DNA of 64,000 nt from Tubiluchus corallicola (GCA_030141605.1 JAQGDQ010000435.1:15354-79353), one strand, 5' to 3'; shown: positions 1 to 48,520, counted from the first letter of the stretch. A program made the numbers and translations. Notes: generated by a model from the sequence alone, not told the origin.

Positions 1-34965
<34,965 letters not shown>

Positions 34966-35057
34966 AAATCTGTGTTCCCAACTAATGATGCCATTATCAC
35001 TTGCTGTGCTTTACCACAGGACAAGAGCTTCTGTTTTTGGTTATTCATAATTTCGTG

Positions 35058-35063
35058 AATAAA
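35058..35063 (+). terminator. Candidate polyadenylation signal
   Basis: AATAAA about 90 nt after the putative stop; the UTR could be longer. Confidence 0.4.
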
Positions 35064-35468
35064 GTTTATATACATGTTTATATGTGCATGCTTCCTTGTT
35101 GCATATACTGACAACTTAGTGAGCATTTTGCTCAGTATGCTAGTTTGTGCTAAACGATACAGACGCTTTTAGGCCTTTCGAGTAAATTGAGAGGCCCTAT
35201 AATTATAGGCCAATAATTAAATTCTGTGATATTTGTAAAATGTGATTTTTTGTAGTTATAAGAACCGTAAAAAGGTGGTAATTAAAATCTGTATGACAAG
35301 GGAATTGCTTCTCTTGACTTTGGACAAGGGTTCAAACATTGGTGATAGTGAGTAGGCAGAAAACTTTTTTGACGAATTATTTTTGTTTTTTCTTTCCCAG
35401 AGACTGTGATGTTCCTATATTTTCAGGTAACAAAAAACATGTGTTTCTTTTTGAGAAACTTTTCTGCT

Positions 35469-36453
35469 GACACCTCAGGTAAAGTGCCTGACACAGGTAT
35501 TTGATATTTTGATCAAGGTTTCCAATCCCGAAATTGTAATCCTAAAAATTTGGGATCCTGCACCCTTTTTGTGACAGGATTGGAAACCTCAGTTTTGATA
35601 ACTTTTTTCGAAAAACTCTTTGCAAATTTTGCAGAACAGCAACTTACTCGACAAAATTGGCCACAGTAGGCCAATGTCCACACGACAGAACGCTTTTCGC
35701 AGTTCTAAATTTTAATTTTAAGTATGACAACTCTAGGACAACTTCTGAAAGCATTGTATATTGTAGGGCACATTCACGTGCCAAGACAAATGAAGAGATT
35801 CACTCTCATTTCTTATTTATTTTGTAACATCATATTTGCTAAAGATATGCAAAAACATAGCATTTAATGTAATTATAGTGGTTTGTTCATGTAGTTATGC
35901 ATCTCTGATGTAGTTACTACATCAAGCGAAGTGACTGCTTTTGCGTTTGATTCCCAGAGACTTTCCCAGACACCTCAGGTAAAGTGCCTGACACAGGTAT
36001 TTGATATTTTGATCAAGGTTTCCAATCCCGAAATTGTAATCCTAAAAATTTGGGATCCTGCACCCTTTTTGTGACAGGATTGGAAACCTCAGTTTTGATA
36101 ACTTTTTTCGAAAAACTCTTTGCAAATTTTGCAGAACAGCAACTTACTCGACAAAATTGGCCACAGTAGGCCAATGTCCACACGACAGAACGCTTTTCGC
36201 AGTTCTAAATTTTAATTTTAAGTATGACAACTCTAGGACAACTTCTGAAAGCATTGTATATTGTAGGGCACATTCACGTGCCAAGACAAATGAAGAGATT
36301 CACTCTCATTTCTTATTTATTTTGTAACATCATATTTGCTAAAGATATGCAAAAACATAGCATTTAATGTAATTATAGTGGTTTGTTCATGTAGTTATGC
36401 ATCTCTGATGTAGTTACTACATCAAGCGAAGTGACTGCTTTTGCGTTTGATTC
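35469..36453. repeat. Tandem duplication of 485 bp (period 500)
   Basis: 35469-35953 equals 35969-36453 with no differences seen by eye; 15-bp junction insert. Confidence 0.93.
35514..35591. mobile_element. 78-bp hAT-type mini-MITE (second copy 36014-36091)
   Basis: TIR AGGTTTCCAATCC / GGATTGGAAACCT; 8-bp flanks ATTTTGAT/GTTTTGAT. Confidence 0.65.
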
Positions 36454-38632
36454 ATTCCTGTTTTCTTTCATAACCAATGCATTGGTGCATCTTGTAAGTT
36501 GATATCTGTGTCACTGTGCTATTGTTTAAAACAGATCTAAAGCAATAGTATCTATTGTACTACCATAATTTTTTTAACACTTGTTAGCTTTAATACTTGT
36601 CATTTACTATAAATATTATTAGTAGTGGCCCATTTTCATAGGCTACTTTGTCATGCTAATGCTGTCTGCATTAAATGCAAGCTGACAGCGTCCAAATAAT
36701 TAAAAACATATTTTCACTGCTTGTGTTTTTCTAACTTTAGTATAACTTTGTCAAAACTTTTGAGGTAGGTCTTCATAGAGTTTCTAAGTCATAAACTTGT
36801 TGAAATATTTTAATACTCGTCATTTTACTTCTTATTTGCTTATTAACTTGCGGTGATACAGAAGAATTTAACTGTGATAAAGAAGAACATAAGTGTGATA
36901 AATATTTTGTTATTTAAAATTTAATTTATTTATTTACTTACAATTTATTTTAAAGTGACACGTTATGCTTGTATTTCTTTTTATGCAAGTTATGATCATG
37001 GTTGTTATGTACATTCTGTAAAAGTAGGTATATAAAGTATGTGATACATGTGACATATTAACAGTTATTGTACATAAAATATACAGTAAAGGCAATATAT
37101 TGTATATATTGTGTTTTTACATAAAATTTTTTAGACAGTGATCAATTTGATCATATTTTTAGGTGCTTATATCACTGTAAAGCTAGGGAATTCTATGCGT
37201 GTGTTTTTCTCACTTCACATAGTTATTTTTATAGTTAATAGTTTAACTGTAATTTGATTAATCCTGTTTAAAAAGTCTTAAAGGATGAACTTAATAGTAA
37301 TTGCCCTTTAATACAGAAGATAAGAAGGTGTAGCATTTGGCCTGCACAAAACAAAGCAATTTAATTTTGCAAATATAAATTTTTATGTCACTTTATGACC
37401 TACCAAAGGCAGTTTTGATATTGATATTGTAAGACTGTAATATTATTGTGTTCTGCAACATGTAAATGTTGCAACCTGTGCATTAATCTTAACATTATAA
37501 CATTCTGACACATTGTTACCGTTATGCACAGTTTATTCACATTCCGTAATGCTTCCCTGAGATGAACATCATTTTCAAACAATGCCACGCAAACTGTTAC
37601 GTACCGACCTGTAATCTTGTAATAATAATCCTTTTCAACTGAGTTGCACTCAATAACTAAAATGCCACACTCTTACATTTCTGAGATGGGATTTTATCAA
37701 CAGACTATTTGCTATTATTCTGTAGACTATTGACTGTATTTGAAAATGTTCTTGTGCTCATTAGGCTGTAATAAATCTTTATCTGTGATAAAACATTAAT
37801 AATAATGTTAAACATCCTGTTACTGTATTATTTTCTGTTAATGTTGTTTACGTTTTTAAGTTTTTCTATTTATTTGCCACGTTCAGTGGCATACTATTAT
37901 TAGCAGGTTGTGCAATTTAGTTAGTGAAATAAAAATATTTGTAGGACCAATAATTATATGATCTTAAATATTACGTTATAGCGATTTGTGTTGTTACATT
38001 GAAACATCATTTTTCATGGCTTTAAGAAGCTTTAGAAAATGCAATCATTTTACAGATGTAGATTTATATGGATACATAATCTGGTATTTCCTGCTGAAGC
38101 TTTTGTACCGTCTATTAAATAAACTAATTAATTTAGAAGCTGCAACTGCAAGCTACAGAAAATTATAATATTCTCTGTGGCGACCTGCTTGTGGATGGAG
38201 CTTTGCTAGAATCACTCTTGGGGAAGTGATTGTGTTACTAAAACTTTATCCAAGATATATACAGGAAATGTTATCCTATTCAGTTCTATGCAGCATAATA
38301 GCATAGACTGTCTTTTCTAACTGGACCATCCAGTCAATTAATTAGGTAATTTATAAAATTTTGTGTAATAACCAAAACACTGTTAAATGAATTAAGCTAA
38401 AAAATAAAATAAAAATATGAGTTTTACAAATTACTTTTTCGTTCTTAAACTTCCCCAAAAGTCATTTGATGACTCTCTACAGGAGCAAGTGTAAGCTACT
38501 AATCATAGGTTTGTGCTAGAGACAATTCTTTCTTCTAATTCCAATTGAATATTAAACACATTACCGTTTGCATACTGCTGCTGCCATGTAAAAAATTGTG
38601 CAAAACTAACAGTCATAGTAATATCTGAGAAA

Positions 38633-39119
38633 TAAGGGTGTTCGAGGCTCGGGAGGGATCACACGTTCGGGATCGGAGTTCCCGACCCCGAACTAAAATG
38701 TATAATTATAAGTAAATGGAGAAAAGAACGAAATTTCGTGGTTTTAGCTCAATCCTTGTAATATTGACAACTGCTACAACTTCACCCACCTGTACGTTCA
38801 AATGGTTTCGTCTGCAGCAGTTGATAACACTGAGTGCGTTCAGCATGCAGGTTTTTACAAGCACAAAGAGACTTTTTTGAGGAAGCAAAGATAATTAGGG
38901 TTATTGTGTGTAATTCTGAAATACACTGCCTATTTATATAGAAAACTCTGAAATAGAGCTTTACTTTCTGAATGAAATACACAAACGGTCAATTTGAGAA
39001 TGTTTTGTGTAAGCCCGTTCGGGACGGGATGAGAAGTGTATGAGTGGAACTGAATTTTCAGGAACGAGGTTCGCGATTTGAAGATTTGAAAATATTACAG
39101 AAGCAAGGATATCCCTCTA
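38633..39119. mobile_element. MITE-like dispersed repeat with TTCGG subterminal motifs
   Basis: Shares GTTCCCGACCCCGAA and TTCACC..TGGTTTCGTCT with 48855-49175. Confidence 0.55.
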
Positions 39120-39199
39120 TTTCTAATGTTTTTGTATAAATATATATAAAAACGCAAAAAAACAAAATGGCCGCCAAGTTCTCGAGCAAACAAAAGAAA

Positions 39200-40600
39200 T
39201 TGCCCAAGACATTTTTACAAAATGAACCGCTCTCGGGCACGTTTTAAACATGCCCTAAAATACTGCAAAAAGCATGAAGAATCAATACAATCTGAAAATT
39301 TAGCAAACAGTTTGAGTACTCAAACGCCTTTAAGTTTTGGAAGAAAATTAAAATCTCAAAACTATAATACAATGTCCTTGTCTTCAAAAATTGAGTGGTG
39401 CACACAACGACAATAACTGTAAAACTTTTGATTGCGTTCAAAATTACATTAGGAATAAACGTTTTAATGTGACAGACCTTAAGATTCTCTTTAAGTATTT
39501 ATGGTAAATTTTAAGGCAGTTATTGTTATTATTTAAATGTTATATTATTCATTGTGTCACATTTGCTAATTTGACTGTATATATCTTTGTTATTATGTAT
39601 TTGTATGTGCGTATCTGTATTTGAATTTATTTGTAATTTATATTTCTTCTGCACTTTTGCTTGTACATATACTTGCATGGCAATAGTAAATGTACCATGT
39701 GACGAACTATTACAGAAATTTATTGAACTCTACTCATAATAATAGTACTGTCAGTGATTGTTTTTATTGGACAACTCTTTTGTGATATTCTTAATGTTGT
39801 TAAAGACCTTAAGAAACACAGATCACCTCTGCTTGATGGCATAGCGTCTGAACACGTCATTTATAGCCATAATAAGGTGTACGTCCTACCTTGCCTTTTG
39901 TTAACAATCTCTGTAATCATCAGTATATTTCTAATAGCATTACTGACTCAATAATTGTGCCGACCATTAAAGACAAAACATTAGATATTACAGATTTCGT
40001 GAATTACGTGCCCACTGCGTTATCTACAGTATTTAGTAAAATACTAAAACACGTCAAGATGGAAGATGGTCAGGTTACTTAACATCTACTAATTCGCAAT
40101 TTGGATTTGAAAATGCCATAATGTAGATCTATATATTTATCTCCTTAAAGAGATCATTCAACAAATCAGAAATCAGACTTATATGTTCTGCAAATGCAAA
40201 GCATTTTTGTAAAGCCCTTGATATGCTTAATCTTCGAATTTTATTCAAAAACTGGAAGTCAGACGTTTCCCTATCCAAATCATTGTCTTACTGATATTTT
40301 GGTATAACGCACTAGCATAGATTGGGGCAAAATTGTTTCCAATTCATCTAACCTTGGTGTAATGGTGTTCATCAGGTTGGCGTATTCTCTCTTCTCTGCT
40401 CCTCACCTCTAAAATCTGTCTCAGATAGCTAAGGTTGCTGGCTGTCTTGCTAATATAATCATTAACCATTTGCTTTATGTTGATGACCTTTGCTTAATCG
40501 CTCCTTCCGTACCTGCTCTGCTGGATTTATTGACTCGCTGTCAGTGTTTGGTCAGGATAACGACATTGTTTTAATGCATGAAAAGTAGAATGTATGTATA
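39200..40600 (+). mobile_element. Highly degenerate non-LTR retrotransposon RT (RTE-X/L2-like), interrupted
   Basis: RARFKHALKYCK; DGIASEH; IIVPTIKDK..NY.PTALSTVFSKILKH; QFGF; NGVHQ; NHLLYVDDLCLI; many frameshifts. Confidence 0.75.
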
Positions 40601-43547
40601 ATATGGCGAATAGTTTACGTGATATGACTCTTGATACTGATTCAACTAATCTGATGGAGAAGATATTTAGGAAATTTCATATCAACCCCACAAAGTATAA
40701 AGAAACGCTGGTTTTATTAAACAGAAAAGACTACTTTATGCTAGTAATAATGCCATCATTTGGCGATTTAAACATTGTACAATCGGTGACAAGATTTTTT
40801 TGTTCTAAGGAGAAAGTATTTTGCCTGTACAACAATAATTCATTACACATATCGCATAATAATCGCACTGGAAACAGCAACTTTACAAATACAGCTTCGA
40901 CAATGTCTGAGTTAAGGAGTCTTATTATTATATAGCTTAACGCTGCGTTTAATTGATAGTAGGCAGTGAAAATTCCTTATTATATCGCTGCCTGGGAATA
41001 CTGGTTGGTAATGCAGTTTGAAAACAAAACTAAAATTATTGAATGCTGTTTTATGTCACTGAGAGTGTAACGTGATAGAAACGGAGCGCATCAGCGCACT
41101 ACATCATGCAAGTAATTGCACCAAATAAAATACCCTTCACATTCAAAACTGCGTTCTGCAACCTAATTGAACTGAGATCGCTGCTAAAGTTTCGGTTTAA
41201 TGAACAATAAAATATTCGTCCGAAAGCAACCTGTATAACTGAATAAATTTTGTTAACACAAAATAATACATGCAAGTTCTGCGTTTCTTCTGACGTCTTT
41301 CGCCGGCGCTAATCATCAGCTTGCTCTGCCCCCTAAAATAAATATTAAGATATATCATATAGTTCTTCTAGAAATGAATTATGTCACTGGTATATAATGA
41401 GAATTTCTAATTTAATTTAAAATGGCTATTTTAATGAAATCAATGTTTTAAGTCGGATAATTTCTTTAATTAGTTCTTGTCTGCGTTTGATTTAGAATGC
41501 TATTGCGTATCGTAAAACGTATCGCGGCTAAAATTTACTGCCAGTGAAACAAACCTTTAATAACGATAATGTACCTTTAATGACGCCATTAATGAATTGA
41601 AAAGCATTTCGTGTTGCAAAATAATCATCTTTTATTGCACACTGTTTCTTGCGGGTGGTTTTTACAATTACTTATACTAACTACAAAGTTTCACCAACTG
41701 CTGGAAATCTAAATAATTTAATTCGGAAAAATGGTACCCTAATAATGGTAATAGTAGATGCAGCAGCAACAGCAAAAGCAGCGATGGAAATGACCACTAC
41801 TATATGTATTACCCCCACAGATGGATCTTATCAACACCAAAAACTAAATTCTGACGATCTAGAAGACGCTGCATGATGCTGACAGGTTCTTTCGAAAACA
41901 ACCAACCATTTGTTTACTTATTTTTGACGTTTCTGTGTTAGCTTGCAAGTTTTTACTAACTGTATACAGATAAAGTCACATGAAGGCCTATAATTAGAGT
42001 AATGATATGTATGAATTTCGAATTTTTGATTAATGAGTGAATTAATCGATGATTAAATTATTTGTAAAGAAATTGGAAAGCAGGTCAAAACCAGTTTAAT
42101 GGCCCTGACCAAGCTGATGCGATTTGGTAGAACGGGTTCTAACTCTGCTTTACAGATTCTGTTTTGAGTTTTGCTCTCTATTGTCGAAAGTTTTGCTAAC
42201 AACAAATAATCAGTATTGGTTCTTATTTATCTTATTATTGGTCGAGGGTTGAGATTCGAGCCAAATCGCTACTCATCTAAATGTTGTTGTTCTTTTTGTT
42301 GTTTTTTATTGTTTAGAGATGAACCTTTTGGAAAATGCCTAATCCTCTGCTATACTATAATATACTAGAACGAATTTCGCATCGGTTAATGAGTCGGATT
42401 TTCGAACCGTCATTTTGAATTCAAGATAAGGGAGATTAAACATTTTGTTGATACAGCTTGGAACATAGGTATCTCTGAATTATGGAAATTGCCTTAAAGT
42501 GTGTACACTCGTATTTTGTCCCACACTGCTGGTACCGTTCCGCCGAACAAGCAAAACTGTGTATTAAATTCTATATAGGCTGTAAAATTAGTAATAACTC
42601 GACAATTAACTCGACAATTTTAGCCAAACATATGTTATATGATGTAAACTCAGTAATGGGGTTTCAACTTCTATAAAACTGTTATATAAAATAATGTAAC
42701 TCTGAAAGATGTATTTAGACAATTTCCGTATTACCTCGTAGGATTGTGAAAGGATGTGATTTATCTCCTATGCAGCTAGCGAAAATAAGCGTAGCGAAAA
42801 AATATATAAGTAGTATACAAAATAGGAATTTAAATTTTTTGTTAAATGTTAGAGTATGTGGCGTCTTTTTAAATTAATTGCTTTGTCTTCTTGTATGTAA
42901 ATGGCATCCGCGCATGTTTTTTGTCAGTGTTTAATATATCTATTTTACTTTTGCCATTAGTCTACTTGTTTTTTAATTGAGCCGTTTATGTAGTTGTACG
43001 TGTGTGTTCAAAAATAAAAAATGTTAATTATAATAGTGTTGTATCAATTTAAGAGTCTCTATTAAAGACTCGATCAATTCGCATTGGAGCGTCATGAAAC
43101 TTTACAAAAGTTACTTGTTAATCTTTAATAACAGACTATTAGTCTTTAAAGATTTAGTAGGCACAGTGTGACAGAGAAGCCAAAATGCGATAGCCTTTTA
43201 CCTAATCATAAGTACCAAAATCATGTAAGGGGTGATTACTAATTCAAAAAACTTCAATGTTCTTTTTAACACTCACTCTAGATAATTAGATTATGTGATT
43301 ATAATTTGTGATTAGATTATCCTGAAGTCATACTACGCCTTAGGTGCGTTTGCTCACGTACATAACTTGTGTATATTACAGAATGGCAATCTGTGGGCGA
43401 CGCGACAAAAAACTACGCATGCGTCGGCTTCTGAATCTAGCATGACCACCTCTAAGCTCGAGCACACATTGCCTCAAAATAATCTGCGTGTTTGGGGTTT
43501 TCCGTGACATGTCTAACAAATGTGTATTGCGTGTCTTACGTATAACT

Positions 43548-43567
43548 GCTTTTCTTCATTTGTACAG
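43548..43567 (+). promoter_or_regulatory. Splice acceptor in the 5' UTR of the GPCR
   Basis: Pyrimidine tract tttcttcatttgtacAG, 211 nt before the ATG. Confidence 0.5.
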
Positions 43568-43778
43568 ATAAGTCAAATAAGTCAGATAAGAAATTTACCT
43601 GCGTGAGATATTTATGGCGCATGTGCGACGGTTGAGTTTCAATAACTTTCTATAAGGAGCTTATAACAAGACCTGAATCACGATGAAATAGCTTGAAAAA
43701 CTAATATTTCATCCAAGCTAGGGTAGATTTGTGATGAGTTTAGAAATGTGAGAGAATAATTATTGCAACAACAACAAC

Positions 43779-45095
43779 ATGAGTTTGGATGATTTAGAAC
43801 CATCCTATATTCGTATGATAGTAAACATTTTGGAAAATGCTCATTCGGACACGGTTGACTTTCGCAAACCGATCCTGCGTTTATCGATTCGGTATGTCTA
43901 CCCTTTGTTCATATTTCTGTATGGTTTAGTTGCGATTATTGGCACCGTCGGAAATGGCCTCGTCATCTATTTTCTCATTAAGAAGCGGCTACCCGATCCT
44001 ACGCACTATTGCATCTGCAATCTGGCCGTATCCGATATCATCAAGTGTCTCGTCGTGATGCCCATGACGTTGACGAACTTGCTTATCAAGAACTGGATCT
44101 ATGGAAGTTTCCTCTGCTTCTTTCTTCCAATGCTACAGTATTTCCCGGTGCACGTGTCCACGCTCACTTATTTAACCATCGCCGTGGACAGATACAGACT
44201 CATTCTACACCCGTTCAAGAATCGAATACCTTCAGGATTGTGCATCATAGGCGTGTGGGTATTAGCACTGTGCTTGGTGTTGCCGTATGTCATCTACGTC
44301 AAGTACATTGATCTCGAACTGCATCTGGGTGAACAGTTTGAAGGTGTTGGACTTTGCGTGGTGAATCAGGAGAGGAATATAGAAGAATACACGCGCGCCA
44401 TGTTCGTCAGCCTCTACGCAGTTCCTCTAGCTATCATCGCCTTTCTCTGCGTCAAGATATCTACAGAAATAAAAGCAAGAGATGTTCCACCAAACGTCGT
44501 CCGCTTTGCCAGTACCCTGTCAGAGGTTAATACTGATGACGACAGTGGTTATGCCGCTCGCAGTCGGTCACACAGTGTTCCTGAAGGTATGTCAAAGAAG
44601 ATGCTGGCTCCTCTCGATGTCAGTGGCCAAATACATAAGCATTCCGACGAATCGTGCGACAACTCTGAGAAAAGATTTCGTGAAGCAGCATTCATCCAAA
44701 CCGCTCTGAATTCCACGGAAGAATTTGATGCGCGCATTGAACGCCGGACACAGAAGTATCTAATCACCATGGTGACCCTGTTTGCCGCCTGTTGGTGTCC
44801 ATTAAATATTCTCACTCTTGTCACACACTTCCTCCTAGAGACCGACGACAACACAAGCTACTTTGACATCACATTCCTCACGTTTGCTTGGATCGGTTTC
44901 TTGTCCACATGCATAAATCCCTTTCTGTTTGCATCTTGGACCATCAGCCAGGACACAAAGATGCGCCTTCGAGGATACCTCCGTTTTGGCAGTCGGCGGA
45001 GTAGCAGCATCTGTGATGATCGCAGCAACGTCGCGTACTTTGGCAGCTTCCAAGATCAGCCGCACCGTCAGCAGCATCGACAATCAAACACCTAA
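43779..45095 (+). CDS. Class A (rhodopsin-like) GPCR, NPY/sNPF/PrRP-receptor-like orphan; CDS has no intron
   Basis: 438 aa with seven hydrophobic segments; GN (TM1), NLAVSD (TM2), WIYG..LC, DRY (TM3), W..P (TM4), CWCP (TM6), NPFLF (TM7); long ICL3 and a Ser-rich C-tail. Confidence 0.95.
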   Translation: MSLDDLEPSYIRMIVNILENAHSDTVDFRKPILRLSIRYVYPLFIFLYGLVAIIGTVGNGLVIYFLIKKRLPDPTHYCICNLAVSDIIKCLVVMPMTLTNLLIKNWIYGSFLCFFLPMLQYFPVHVSTLTYLTIAVDRYRLILHPFKNRIPSGLCIIGVWVLALCLVLPYVIYVKYIDLELHLGEQFEGVGLCVVNQERNIEEYTRAMFVSLYAVPLAIIAFLCVKISTEIKARDVPPNVVRFASTLSEVNTDDDSGYAARSRSHSVPEGMSKKMLAPLDVSGQIHKHSDESCDNSEKRFREAAFIQTALNSTEEFDARIERRTQKYLITMVTLFAACWCPLNILTLVTHFLLETDDNTSYFDITFLTFAWIGFLSTCINPFLFASWTISQDTKMRLRGYLRFGSRRSSSICDDRSNVAYFGSFQDQPHRQQHRQSNT

Positions 45096-46589
45096 TACTG
45101 AATTCAACCAATGACAAGATGAAAACTAAAATGTAAGTGTGTTGGCCATGACTTTCTTTACTTTTGCATAGTAACGACAAATGTGGTGTAGTACTTGATT
45201 TAAAGTTTTATTAGTAATTTTGTTCCTATATTATTTTAAAACAAATTTTACAATTCATTTTATTAAAGCTGAACCGCCAAGTAACTGTGTTTGTAGGCTG
45301 AAATATATTTCATTTATCACAGTAACAGTTATTGTAGATTAAAACTTGTAAGGGCGGATTATCGATTGCTCTTTTTCTTACATCAAGATACTGAAAAATT
45401 CAGTAAATGAAGCTTTTATGAACGCATACGAAAATTGTTGTAGTTATAATATATTATTTTTAACATGTACTTTAAATCATACATATCAATATTGATCTCT
45501 ATTTTTGTGTGAACTTACGCGTATCATAAAACCTAATACTTGCTGAAAAGAATCAAAATTATGTTTTAAGTGTTGTAAATGTTGTTCAACTTTGTGTTCT
45601 ACGTTTTTATTTCCAAATGACCAATACAGGCATTGCAACAAACCCTTTTGCTTGCGCTTATTACAATGCGTGTTACAAGCAGTTTGTTACTTTCAATATT
45701 AAAAACAAAACAAAACAAAACAAATAAACATTTGTCGGGGTGATGTAACCAATATATTATACGAGCAAATCCGCGAAATAACTTAACCAAATTAAAATTA
45801 ATCCCGAAAATCATGCCTTCATAGTTATAAGAAATTTACGAGACTATTAATGAGAAACAGTAACTCAGTTTCATTATGCATTTGTAATTATACTGCAACG
45901 AGTCTATTAGTCTACAGGTTTTTTTATTTTAAAGCAATCGGTTGTATACATATATGGTAATAAATTCAAGTTGATGTAGCTTTCATTTAATGAGTTGCAA
46001 CATGATTTTGTTGTGTAGCTGCAAGCAGAATTGTGGGAAGTCTCAGGGAGGAGAGTAATTACAGAAAAGAAGATGAGGTCACGATTGCCTATAACCGAGA
46101 TTCGATTAAAGAAAGGAAAGTAATAATAATGTCGTGGCAATTAGTGCTTTGAACTGGTCTGTTGGTAGCTAAAATAGTTACATTTAGCATACTAAACGAG
46201 TGACTGAAAAGTGACTTAAGATATGACTAAAAATATGCACACAAACGAGACAATAATTATTGACTTGATTAAGTGATTAACCAAAATAATTGCTCTTATT
46301 TTTGTAGCATATCGCAAAGTTACGTTAGCATATTTCTTGTACATTAAAGCGTAAGGAGACAAATTGTGGGAGCTCCTACTGTGTCAGACCTATTCACGCC
46401 ACTTCAGTGTGATCATTTAATCCACGTAAATCAAGTTAAATTGCAGAACAAGAAACCTTAGCAAGTTTCTAAGATTCTGCTTTACAGCAGAATTTAAAAA
46501 CAGAATCTTCTTGATTTACCCATGGTTTTTATTCTTTTTATTTTCATTTATTTATTATTATTATTTGTGCCTTTTTGTTTTTTTAAAGA

Positions 46590-46945
46590 CTCGCACACGC
46601 ACAGTGCTAGGGCCACAAAGCTCACAGGGTGCATTCCCCAGGTCGGGGATTTATGTATGTGTGCAACCTGTTAACCCCGGTCAAAGGTCACGGAGCAGGT
46701 GATTCTTGTTTTTCGTTAGGCTGGATATCCTCCTGCAGTTTTTGACCTAGGGCCACAATTTTTGGTATGTGGCTAGGTGGAGTCGAGGTCTTGCCCACGA
46801 CTGAATGGAAGCCCCATTTGCGCATAGAAAATTTTCCGCTAGGGGACAAAATCCGAAATTGGTTGACACTAATGTTTCCAGTGTCGAATAACAGTGGCTT
46901 ATAGTGATCAAATGAAAGGTCTCGATGAGGCAATTGACGTCAAAC
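46590..46945. mobile_element. Helentron/DINE-like non-autonomous repeat
   Basis: Contains ATCAAATGAAAGGTCTCGATGAG and GGTCAAAGGTCA motifs shared with 48020-48520. Confidence 0.5.
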
Positions 46946-48019
46946 ATATTGGTTTATCGCCCCACCTCCGCTGTAACGTAACCACTCTCAGCGGGATTCG
47001 GGACAACAAACAGCTCACGCTGGACAACAACTGTCTTAACTAAACTAAACTAAATGACAGTCACAACTAATGTTTAATCAGCAGATAGACTGATTGCACT
47101 TTCTCATAAACACAAATTTGCAGAACAGCAGCTATTTTTACAGGAAATTGACACTTCAAGTAGCCAAAAAATGACTTTTTAATTTAAACAAAATGTAGAG
47201 ACAAAGTTTCAAAGCACTACAAAATACAGAATCATAAGTATAATAAAGAAACTAAGCCAGTTAGCCTTGCTTTACAATAAATGAGCAACAAAAATATTGT
47301 CTCTCTTGTCGTTGAACATACGAATATCATGCCGCGATGTATTTTTTCTATATTAACTAATCATGTGCTCGTCTGTAAGGTTTATTCACTTTTTGTATTT
47401 TTCCTTTTGTTAGGCTACGGAAATGGAAAAAATTGATTGTTCCATTCCATAGACGACCCTTATATTGAATGCCCGAGTTACTTAAGTCCCAATGGCAGCT
47501 TTTAACCATGATTATAACCAGAAAAATAGCGTAAAATTAACTAACATTACATTGATGTATAATATACGTTTTGAGTCACATTCGAATTAATTTTGACTGT
47601 GAATATCTCATTGAGGTTTATAAAAACAGGCCAGAAAAGAAAACATTTTGTTTTGTCCTTATTTAAAGTTAACCAAATAGTTGGTTTTATCTAACTTGCA
47701 AAGCCATAAACTAAACTAACATGCGTATTTTCATGATTGCAAAATCAGCAACTCATAGACGTAAGCGTTGTGCATTTTTTCCTATAAACGAAACTAGACT
47801 ATATATTTCCACTTATTCACTTGCAACTTCAATTGACAAGAATAAAATCTAGAGCCAGGCCAATATTTCTCCTGCTAACTAATGATAAGTTAAGCATTTT
47901 TCATAACAATATTAAACGCAGCTGTTGCTAAATGTCCCGAACGTGCATGCGTTAAACTCTGTAGGGGTGTGAAATAACTTGCACGCTGATTGGGCAGTCA
48001 ACGAAAATGATTGACATTA

Positions 48020-48520
48020 TGTTAGACGTCAATGCGAACGATGTGACTTACGCACAGATTGGCTGACCCCTGACCCACAAGGGTATGTGAGACAAATGCC
48101 TTCAGAGTTAAGCAGCAACAGGTTGTAGTATGACAAATGAAAGGTATCAAGGAGACTAAGTGAGCGTTATGAGTCACGCACGCCCACATTGGTTGACCTT
48201 TGACTCTGAGGTCATAGGTTAAAGTGACAAGTTTCAATTTTAGTAACTTGTAGTACATCAAATGAAATGTCTCAATAAGACGAATTGAACTGTATGACCT
48301 AAGCCTAGATTGGTGAACCACTGACCTCACTGCGGGGAAAACTAAAATTGCAGTTCACCGATACAAATGATTCCAGTGTCAAGCAACAATAGATTGTAGT
48401 ACATCAAATGAAAGGCCTCGATGAGATAAAGCGAATTTGGTTAACCCTTGACCTACGAGTCACCAACGATCAAAAAAGTGACACGTTCCGATTTCACCGA
48501 ATCTAATAGTGTCAAGCACA
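48020..48520. mobile_element. Helentron/DINE-like repeat with three internal core repeats
   Basis: CAAATGAAA(G/T)G cores at ~48135, ~48258 and ~48404, with TGACC motifs between them. Confidence 0.55.

Noticed and set aside
41285-41335. Minus-strand hammerhead ribozyme (CTGATGA..CGAAA..GTC)
   Set aside because: Core-like words are present, but stems I, II and III cannot be paired convincingly.
44009-45180. Overlapping and antisense ORFs within the GPCR
   Set aside because: Shadow frames of a GC-richer coding exon with no recognisable motifs.
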